DNA from: Alphaproteobacteria bacterium
Lineage (GTDB): Bacteria; Pseudomonadota; Alphaproteobacteria; UBA828
DNA: 64,000 nt
Assembly (NCBI GenBank): GCA_965220745.1
Contig: CBDCQT010000013.1
Span: forward strand, 512,001-576,000
Direction: 5' to 3'
Shown here piece after piece: positions 56,792 to 64,000 of this stretch. Position 1 is the first letter of the stretch. Each line of letters starts with the position of its first letter. The notes beneath the pieces were generated by a model. That model was not told the DNA's origin and searched no databases. It saw only the letters and a program-made list of their open reading frames with translations. The position numbers were made by a program, and so were the translations under genes.

Positions 56792-59095
56792 CTAGCCCGC
56801 AGCGGCGGCGATCGCGCTGTCGCCCTCCTCTGCCCGGCTCTGCGCCTCGACGGCGGCAACGGCGGTCATGTTGAGAACGCCGCGGGTGGTGGCGGAGCCG
56901 TGCAGCACGTAGGCCGGCGCCGCGAGCCCGAGCAGGATCGGGCCGACCGAGATGCCGTCCGCCAGCACCTTGAGCATGCCGTAGGCGATATTGGCCGTGG
57001 TCAGGTCGGGCAGGATCAGGGTGTTGGCCTGACCCTTGAGCCGTGAGTTGGGGAACCTCTCCGCTCGGATCGCCTCGTCGAGCGCGGCATCCGCGTTCAT
57101 TTCGCCCTCGGCCTCAAGCTCGGGTGCCTGCTGATGCAGCAGATGCAGCGCCTCGCGCATCTTCACCGACGCCGCGAGGTCGTTGCTGCCGAAATTGGAG
57201 GCCGAGAGCAGCGCGATCTTCGGCGTCATGCCGAAGCGCCTCACCTGCTTGGCCGTGAGCACGGCCGATTGGCATATCTGCGACGGGCTCGGATCCTCCA
57301 TGATATCGGTATCGGCGATAAAGAAGATGCCCTTGGTCAGGATCAGAACCCGCAGCGCCGCCGCCGAGGCGACGCCGGGCCGAAGCCCGATCACGTCGAG
57401 CACGTAGTTGAGTTCAGGCCGGAAGCGCGGCGCAGGGCCGGCCAGCAGCGCGTCGGCGTCGCCGCAGCGCACCATCATCGACGCGATCACCGCGGGCTGG
57501 TTGCGGAGCGTCGTGCGCGCCGCCGCAGGTGCGACCCCGCGCCGTCCCATCAGCTCGTGATAGAGCCGCCAGTAGGTGTCGTACTTCTCGTAGTCCGCCG
57601 GATTGATGACATCGACGTTTGTGCCGGGCTCCAGCCGAAGCGAGAGCCGGTCGATCCTCTCCTCGATGCGCGACGGACGCCCGATCAGTATCGGCCGCGC
57701 GATGCCCTCGTCGATCGCCTGCTGGGCGGCGCGCAGCACGCGCTCGTTCTCGCCGGCGGCGTAGACCACCCGCTGCGGGTCCTTCTTGGCCTGGTCGATC
57801 ACCACCTTCATCAGGTAGCCGGTGCGGAACACGAGGCCCGCGAGCTCCTGCCGGTAGGCCGCGAGGTCGGCGATCGGCCGGGCAGCGACGCCGCTCTCCA
57901 TCGCGGCCTCGGCCACGGCAGCCGGCACGGTCTCGATCAGGCGCGGATCGAAGGGCTTGGGAATGATGTAATCAGGGCCGAATTTCTGGGTCTGGTCGCC
58001 GTAGGCCGCCGCCACCACGTCGGAGGACTCGGCTGTCGCGAGATCGGCGATGGCGCGCACGCAGGCAAGCTTCATCGCCGTGTTGATCTCGGTCGCGCCG
58101 CAGTCGAGCGCACCACGGAAGATGAACGGGAAGCAGAGCACGTTGTTGACCTGGTTCGGATAGTCGGAGCGCCCGGTCGCGATGATCGCATCGGGCCGCG
58201 CCGCGAGCGCATCCTCGGGCATGATTTCCGGGACCGGATTCGCGAGCGCGAGGATGATGGGCTTCGGGCCCATGCTCCGCACCATCGCCTGGGTCATGGT
58301 GCCGGGGCCGGAAAGGCCGAGAAAGATGTCGGCGTCCGCAATCGCGTCGTCCAGCGTGCGCGCGTCGGTGTCCAGCGCGTAGCGCTGCTTCTGCTCGTTG
58401 AGGTCCGTCCGGCCCGCATGCACCACGCCCTTGCTGTCGCACACCGCGATGTTGACGCGCGCGACGCCGAGCTCCTGCAGAAGGTCGAGGCAGGCGATCG
58501 CCGCGGCGCCGGCACCCGAGCACACCACGCGCGCCGCGTCCGGCGTCTTGCCGACGATGCGGAGCGCGTTCAGCGCGGCGGCGGCGACGCAGATCGCGGT
58601 GCCGTGCTGATCGTCGTGAAACACCGGAATGTTGAGCCGCTCTTTGAGGCGGCGCTCGATCTCGAAGCACTCAGGCGCCTTGATGTCCTCCAGGTTGATC
58701 GCGCCGAAGGTCGGCTCCAACCGGGCCACGGTCTCCACCAGCGCGTCCACGTCGCCTTCGTCGACCTCGATGTCGAACACGTCGATGTTGGCGAACTTCT
58801 TGAAGAGGACCGCCTTGCCTTCCATCACGGGCTTGGAGGCGAGTGCGCCGATGGCGCCGAGACCCAGTACTGCGCTGCCGTTACTGATCACCGCGACCAG
58901 GTTGGCCCGCGCGGTGTAGTCCCAGACCCGCGCCGGGTCTTCGGCGATTTCCAGACAGGGCGCGGCCACGCCGGGACTGTAGGCGAGAGCGAGGTCGCGC
59001 TGCGTGCCCATGCGCTTTGTGGCGTGGATGCCGAGCTTGCCCGGCTTGGGCTCGCGGTGATAGTCGAGCGCCGCTTGGCGCAGGTCCTCCGCCAT
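56792..59095 (-). CDS. maeB: Malic enzyme with C-terminal PTA-like domain
   Basis: [41 protein letters not shown]. Confidence 0.93.
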   Translation of the reverse strand: MAEDLRQAALDYHREPKPGKLGIHATKRMGTQRDLALAYSPGVAAPCLEIAEDPARVWDYTARANLVAVISNGSAVLGLGAIGALASKPVMEGKAVLFKKFANIDVFDIEVDEGDVDALVETVARLEPTFGAINLEDIKAPECFEIERRLKERLNIPVFHDDQHGTAICVAAAALNALRIVGKTPDAARVVCSGAGAAAIACLDLLQELGVARVNIAVCDSKGVVHAGRTDLNEQKQRYALDTDARTLDDAIADADIFLGLSGPGTMTQAMVRSMGPKPIILALANPVPEIMPEDALAARPDAIIATGRSDYPNQVNNVLCFPFIFRGALDCGATEINTAMKLACVRAIADLATAESSDVVAAAYGDQTQKFGPDYIIPKPFDPRLIETVPAAVAEAAMESGVAARPIADLAAYRQELAGLVFRTGYLMKVVIDQAKKDPQRVVYAAGENERVLRAAQQAIDEGIARPILIGRPSRIEERIDRLSLRLEPGTNVDVINPADYEKYDTYWRLYHELMGRRGVAPAAARTTLRNQPAVIASMMVRCGDADALLAGPAPRFRPELNYVLDVIGLRPGVASAAALRVLILTKGIFFIADTDIMEDPSPSQICQSAVLTAKQVRRFGMTPKIALLSASNFGSNDLAASVKMREALHLLHQQAPELEAEGEMNADAALDEAIRAERFPNSRLKGQANTLILPDLTTANIAYGMLKVLADGISVGPILLGLAAPAYVLHGSATTRGVLNMTAVAAVEAQSRAEEGDSAIAAAAG

Positions 59096-59266
59096 GCCCT
59101 GTCCCCTCGCCTGTTTGGCCGCGTCGCGGCCGCGCGACTTTGGTCTCAACGCCCCTGGATAGCAAACAGATTCGCGCGAAACGATGACAACCGTGCGTTA
59201 TTTCGCAGGCTTGCCGGTGTAAGATCGCCGCTCACGGCGCGCGAGGCTGACAAAGGGGAGGCGGTC

Positions 59267-60112
59267 ATGGCGTTCGCGGAGGTCAACGGCGTCAAGCTCT
59301 GGTACGAGACGACGGGGGACGGCACGCCCGTGGTTCACATCCACGGCGCGGGCTTCGGCCACTTCAACTTCGCCACCGCGACTCCGATCGCGTCCAAGTA
59401 CTTCCGCTGCATCGACTTCGACATGCGCGGCTACGGGCAGTCCGACAAGCCCATCCAGCCCTACGACATGGAGGTCTGGGCCGACGACGTGGCCGGGCTC
59501 ATGGATGCGTTGGAGATCGAGCGCGCCCACATTCACGGCACCTCCATGGGCGGAATGATCGCGCAGGTCTTCGGCGCCAAGTACGCTGACCGGACCGACC
59601 GGCTCGTCATCAACTGCTCGGCCGCGAAGCTCGACCTGGCCGGCCGCCTCACCTTCCAGAACTGGATCGACATCTCCGAGGCCTACGGCTGCGGTAGCCG
59701 CACCCTGGCGGAACTGATCGCGGTCCAGGCGCTCTCGCGCAAGTTCCTCGACGGGCCGAACGGCCCCGGCGCGGTCGACATGATCCAGGACATCCTGGAG
59801 CGCTCGAACCGCCGGGAGGTCTACCAGCGCGCCTGCCGCGCGATGATGGAGATGGACCTCCGGCCCTACGCCGCGCAGATCAAGGCGCCGACCCTAGTGA
59901 TCGGCGGCGACGAGGACATCATGACGCCGTGGGAGGTGGGCGAGACCGGCGCCGGCCAGACCTGGCTCGCCGAGAGCATCCCGAACGCCGTCAAGTACGT
60001 GGTCCGGGGCTCGAATCACTCGACGCTGTTCGACGGCACCGAGGAGAACATGCGGGTGGTGGTGAACTTCCTCAGCGCCCGCAACGACCTCCTGGCACCC
60101 CTGCAGGACTGA
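59267..60112 (+). CDS. Alpha/beta hydrolase (PcaD-like)
   Basis: DMRGYGQS, GTSMGG, GDED, NHS; GGAGG RBS. Confidence 0.85.
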   Translation: MAFAEVNGVKLWYETTGDGTPVVHIHGAGFGHFNFATATPIASKYFRCIDFDMRGYGQSDKPIQPYDMEVWADDVAGLMDALEIERAHIHGTSMGGMIAQVFGAKYADRTDRLVINCSAAKLDLAGRLTFQNWIDISEAYGCGSRTLAELIAVQALSRKFLDGPNGPGAVDMIQDILERSNRREVYQRACRAMMEMDLRPYAAQIKAPTLVIGGDEDIMTPWEVGETGAGQTWLAESIPNAVKYVVRGSNHSTLFDGTEENMRVVVNFLSARNDLLAPLQD

Positions 60113-60127
60113 CGCGCCGGCGGTGCC

Positions 60128-60739
60128 TCAGCCCCCCAGCGCTGCCGCGGCCTCGGCGCAGGTGACGCGCTCGGCGATATTCTCCAGCGCGTAGTTGAGG
60201 CCGGCGTTGTGCCACTCGTCGTTGACGGTGGAGGTGCCGTCCGTGAGCACGACGGCACGGTAGCCGGCGTCGGCACCGTGCCGCGCGGTGTGCTCCACCG
60301 AGAAGTTGGTCCACGCGCCGGAGATCACGATGGTGTCCACGCCGAGCCCCTTCAGGATCGTCTCGAGGGGAGTGTCGTGGAACGCGTTCATGCGCATCTT
60401 CTCAACCACCAGATCGCCCGCCTGCGGCTCCAGCCCCGCCACAGCCGCAGCACCCCAGCTGCCGCGCACCATCGCCTTCGCCTCGGCGATGCCCTGGAAG
60501 AGCGGCGCGTTCAGCTTCAGGCCCGGCGCGCCTTCCTCCACGATGTAGTGCACGTGGATCACCGCCATGCCGGCCTTGCGCGCGGCTGCGGCGAGGGACT
60601 TCACGTTCTCGACCACGTTCTGCGAGGCCGCGTGCGCCGGCGCGCCGGAATCGGCGAAGGCCCCGCCCTCCGCGATGACGTCGTTCTGCAGGTCCTGGAT
60701 GATGAGCGCGCTGCGCGCGGGATCCAATTCAAAGGCCAT
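60128..60739 (-). CDS. Isochorismatase/cysteine hydrolase family
   Basis: QDLQND, EKMRMNAF, GAWTNFSVEHTAR. Confidence 0.87.
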   Translation of the reverse strand: MAFELDPARSALIIQDLQNDVIAEGGAFADSGAPAHAASQNVVENVKSLAAAARKAGMAVIHVHYIVEEGAPGLKLNAPLFQGIAEAKAMVRGSWGAAAVAGLEPQAGDLVVEKMRMNAFHDTPLETILKGLGVDTIVISGAWTNFSVEHTARHGADAGYRAVVLTDGTSTVNDEWHNAGLNYALENIAERVTCAEAAAALGG

Positions 60740-60749
60740 GAGTCCCCTC

Positions 60750-61646
60750 CTACATGTACGCCAGGCGATTGCCGGCGACCTTGAGCGCGATCCGGTAGAC
60801 CGAGGTCGAGCAGGTGCAGTAGAGCTCGTTCCACCCGGTGCCGCCCCAGTTGAGGTTGGCCGAGTGCTCCGGCATCCCGATCACGCCGAGGTGCTCGCCG
60901 TCCGGCGCGTAAACCCAGAAGCCGCGCGGGCCGGTGACGTAGACGTTGCCCTGCTCGTCGCACTTCATACCGTCGACCACGCCGTTCTCCAGCACACCGT
61001 CACCGACATTTTCGGCAAACATGCGCCCGTTGGAGAGCGAGCCGTCCTCGCCCACGTCGAACACCCGGATGTGCGCGCGGGTCGTGTCGTTGACGTAAAG
61101 GATGCTCTCGTCCGGCGAGAAGCAGAGGCCGTTCGGCTGGTCGAAGTCATCGACCTCGCAGTGGACTTCGCCGTTGGTCGCGACGCGGAAGACCGCCTGG
61201 AAGCCCAGCTCCCGCTCTCGTTCTTCGCCGAAGACCGGCATGCGGCCGTACCACGGATCGGAGAAATAGACCGAGCCGTCTGACTTCACCACCACGTCGT
61301 TGGGGCTGTTCAGCTCCTTGCCGTCGTAATGCGAGGCCAGCACCTGGCGTTCGCCTGACGGAGTCTCGCGAGCCAGCACGCTGGTCACATGCTCGCAGAT
61401 GTAGAGGTTGAGGTCGGCATCCAGCGTCATGCCGTTGCCCTTGTTGTTGGGGTGGCGCACGTCGCTCGCGCCGTCAGCCGCGCTCCAGCGCCGGCGCGTG
61501 TCCGCCGGGATGTCGCTGAAGTAGAGGCATTGCTCGCCGGGGTGCCAGATCGGCCCCTCGGTGAACTGGAAGCCCGTGCAAATCTGGTCGACGCTGGCAT
61601 CCTCGGCCACGAGGTCCAGCAGCCTCGGTGAATTGACCTCGATCAT
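60750..61646 (-). CDS. SMP-30/gluconolactonase family
   Basis: FTEGP, LNSPND, PNGLCFSPD, DGMKCD. Confidence 0.9.
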   Translation of the reverse strand: MIEVNSPRLLDLVAEDASVDQICTGFQFTEGPIWHPGEQCLYFSDIPADTRRRWSAADGASDVRHPNNKGNGMTLDADLNLYICEHVTSVLARETPSGERQVLASHYDGKELNSPNDVVVKSDGSVYFSDPWYGRMPVFGEERERELGFQAVFRVATNGEVHCEVDDFDQPNGLCFSPDESILYVNDTTRAHIRVFDVGEDGSLSNGRMFAENVGDGVLENGVVDGMKCDEQGNVYVTGPRGFWVYAPDGEHLGVIGMPEHSANLNWGGTGWNELYCTCSTSVYRIALKVAGNRLAYM

Positions 61647-61724
61647 CTTCTCATCTCCCTTTGCGGCGACGCGCCTCGCTCACGCCCGGCGGCGGCCCGA
61701 TCCTATCACTTCGTGTCGCCGATG

Positions 61725-62129
61725 CTATGCCGCACCAGCACCGATGATGGCGTCGGCATCCACCTCGACCAGCATCTCCGGCGAGACAAGGGCCGCGACC
61801 TCCACCAGAGTCGAGCACGGGAAGTCGCCCGTGAAGAACTCCCGCCGCGCTTCGAGGAAGGCCGGGCGGTCGCGTTCCAGGTTCGACAGATACACCCGCA
61901 TCCGGACGATGTCGGCAAGGCTGCCGCCGGCGGCTTCGAGATAGTGCCGGATGTTGCGGAAGATGATGCGCGACTGTTCGCCCGGATCGCCCACCGCGAG
62001 CACGTTGAAGTCCGCGTCCACCGCCACGAGGCCAGCGACATAGACCTGGTTGCCGCAGCGCAGGCAGTTGGACCAGAGGCCGGGAGCCGGCTCGGCCACA
62101 TGGGGCGTTCGCACGCGTTCGATCGCCAT
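61725..62129 (-). CDS. RidA/YjgF family protein
   Basis: VYVAG, ARREFF, PCSTLVEVAALV, VEVDA. Confidence 0.85.
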   Translation of the reverse strand: MAIERVRTPHVAEPAPGLWSNCLRCGNQVYVAGLVAVDADFNVLAVGDPGEQSRIIFRNIRHYLEAAGGSLADIVRMRVYLSNLERDRPAFLEARREFFTGDFPCSTLVEVAALVSPEMLVEVDADAIIGAGAA

Positions 62130-62176
62130 CGTCGTTCCTTCCCTTCTGTCACGTCCCTGCCGGCGGCGCAGCCCGG

Positions 62177-63061
62177 CTACAGCCGGTAAAGCCGCCGCGC
62201 GGTGCCGGCGAATATCTGCGCCTGATCCGCCTCGCTCAAGTGGGCCAGCGCCGGCCGGTAGGCGCCGATCAGGCTCGCGTAGTCGGTCCACAGCTTCTCG
62301 ATGGGGAAGTTGCTGCCATAGAGGCAGCGCTTCGGACCGAAGAGTTCCACCGTCTCGCGCACCGTGCGCGCGATGTGGGCTTGGTCCACCCGGTGGATGA
62401 AGGTGCCGAGCCCCGAGAGCTTGACGGAGACGCTGGGCACGGCGGCGAGCCTCTCCATGCCCTCGCGCCAGGCCTGCCAGCCCTCGGGCGTGAGGTTCTC
62501 CGGCATTCCGCAGTGGGCGAGCACCATCGGCACGTCGGGGAAGGCTTTGGCGAAGGCGGCGCCGTCTGCCATCTGCGCGGTGAAGATCTGCAGCTCGAAG
62601 ACGAGACTGTGATCGGCCAGCAGCCCGACGTTGCGGCGCAGCGCAGCATCGTTCATCACCGCAGGCCCGTCGGCGAAGCGGTATTGCTCGTGCTCGTGCC
62701 AGTGAAGCTGCATGCGGATTCCGCGCAGCAGCGGGTACTGGCTCTGCGCCTTGAGCACGTCTCCAACGTCCGGGTCGCGTAGATCGGCATAGCCCACGAT
62801 AGCGTGAGGGTAGCCGATGCGGTCGGCCTCGGCCTGCACCCACGCCACCTCGTCGACGGCTTGTGCGGGCGCCCAGTTGGCCTGCACGTAGATCGACTGC
62901 GCGACGCCGCTCCCTTCGATGTCGCTCAGATACTCCTCGATCGCATAGTCGCGCCGGATCGGCTCGTAGGGGCCGAAGATGCGTGGCTGCATCGGCCCCA
63001 TGAGCCACGGCAGGTCGCGCTGGCGCCAGATGTGGTGATGAGCGTCGACAATCCCGTTCAT
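62177..63061 (-). CDS. Amidohydrolase_2 family (sugar-lactonase-like)
   Basis: DAHHHIW, RGIRMQLH, HCGMP, KLSG, GSNFP. Confidence 0.85.
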   Translation of the reverse strand: MNGIVDAHHHIWRQRDLPWLMGPMQPRIFGPYEPIRRDYAIEEYLSDIEGSGVAQSIYVQANWAPAQAVDEVAWVQAEADRIGYPHAIVGYADLRDPDVGDVLKAQSQYPLLRGIRMQLHWHEHEQYRFADGPAVMNDAALRRNVGLLADHSLVFELQIFTAQMADGAAFAKAFPDVPMVLAHCGMPENLTPEGWQAWREGMERLAAVPSVSVKLSGLGTFIHRVDQAHIARTVRETVELFGPKRCLYGSNFPIEKLWTDYASLIGAYRPALAHLSEADQAQIFAGTARRLYRL

Positions 63062-63164
63062 GGTGGCCCGCATGGTGGCCCGAGACGGCCGCAGGCGCCA
63101 GAGCCGGTGGTGAACACACCTGGAAGCTGTTGACGGCGCCCATGGTCGCGCTTAGGTCATCCAG

Positions 63165-63407
63165 ATGCGCGTAGTCAACATCAGCCAAGCGAAGGCCCTT
63201 CTGTCGCGTCTCGTCGAAGAGGCAGTCGACGGGGAGGAGATCGTCATCACCAAGCACAACCGGCCGGTGGCACGCCTGGTCGCGCTGGAAGGCTCGGCGC
63301 TCCCGCGCAAGCCCGGTGGCTGGGAGGGCCAAGTCTGGATGGCCGACGACTTCGACGTCCCACTGCGGAAGGCGTTTGAGGACTCGTTCTACGGCGGCGA
63401 CGATTAG
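63165..63407 (+). CDS. Phd/YefM-family antitoxin, apparently orphan
   Basis: VNISQAKALLSRLV, GEEIVIT, PVARLV, acidic DDFDVPL tail; TTGACG promoter-like element at 63130. Confidence 0.87.
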   Translation: MRVVNISQAKALLSRLVEEAVDGEEIVITKHNRPVARLVALEGSALPRKPGGWEGQVWMADDFDVPLRKAFEDSFYGGDD

Positions 63408-63498
63408 AAGCCTTGCTCCTCCTGATCCCTGTGCACCCCGCCCGCAACGCGGCTGCCAGCCGACTCATGACACCCAAAAGCCAGGATGAGGTGACCCC

Positions 63499-64000
63499 AT
63501 GAACAGCATCGACTTGAACGGCCGGCGGGCCATCGTGACCGGCGGCGCCCAGGGGCTCGGGCGCGCCATCGGCGAGCGGCTGCAGGCCTCCGGCGCCGCC
63601 GTCTACGTCTGGGACTTCGACCCCGCCGCCATGGCGGCGGCGCAGACGGACTGGCCCGGCGGAGGCCCGGCGGGGTGGATCGAGGTCGATGTCTCGGACC
63701 CCGATGGAGTGGAGGCAGCGCTCCGCGAGACCCAGGCCAGCGCCGGCGGCATCCACATCCTGGTCAACAACGCCGGCATCTCCGGCCCCAACATGCCGAC
63801 CTGGGAGTATCCCGTCGACGACTGGCGCCGGGTGATCGACATCGACCTCAATGGCCCCTACCTGGTGTGCCGCGCCGTGGTGCCGCTGATGAAGGAGGCG
63901 GGCTGGGGGCGGATCGTCAACATCGCCTCGGTGGCCGGCAAGGAGGGCAACCCCAACGCGCCCGCCTACAGCGCGGCGAAGGGCGGCCTGATCGCGCTCA
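63499..64000 (+). CDS. SDR-family oxidoreductase, 3'-truncated by the window edge
   Basis: TGGAQGLG, NNAG, IASVAGKEGNPNAPAYSAAK. Confidence 0.9.
   Translation, partial: MNSIDLNGRRAIVTGGAQGLGRAIGERLQASGAAVYVWDFDPAAMAAAQTDWPGGGPAGWIEVDVSDPDGVEAALRETQASAGGIHILVNNAGISGPNMPTWEYPVDDWRRVIDIDLNGPYLVCRAVVPLMKEAGWGRIVNIASVAGKEGNPNAPAYSAAKGGLIAL

Overview
High-GC alphaproteobacterial chromosome segment (Rhodospirillales-like gene order) that appears to span the replication terminus. A 28-bp dif site lies at 10538-10565, and GGGNAGGG (KOPS-like) motifs switch strand around it. The core backbone is ntrX-trkA-dat-HAD-hfq-hflX, then mazG-MBL hydrolase-tatD-metG-holB-tmk-dacA-rlpA-mltB, and later yhdP-like, glnE, bcp, a TRAP transporter, mgtE and maeB. 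Inserted between hflX and mazG are a CIRCE-controlled, divergent groES-groEL paralog and a 65-aa GIY-YIG-like gene. That gene has convergent promoter-like elements, a structured leader with a uORF and a 3' hairpin, making it a candidate new antisense-controlled (type I TA-like) nuclease module. A metabolic island at about 31-52 kb holds a tungsten-type AOR, MoaD, a LarA-family protein, a rearranged glutamate-synthase/N-methylglutamate-synthase-like three-gene set, a Urt-like ABC transporter, and PhyH, LLM and VOC enzymes. Solo accessory genes (HNH nuclease, NYN RNase with an upstream terminator-like RNA, an AT-rich membrane ORF, an orphan Phd antitoxin) are scattered with no integrase or transposase. 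No tRNA, rRNA or CRISPR array was seen. All calls come from motif recognition by eye; no database search was run.
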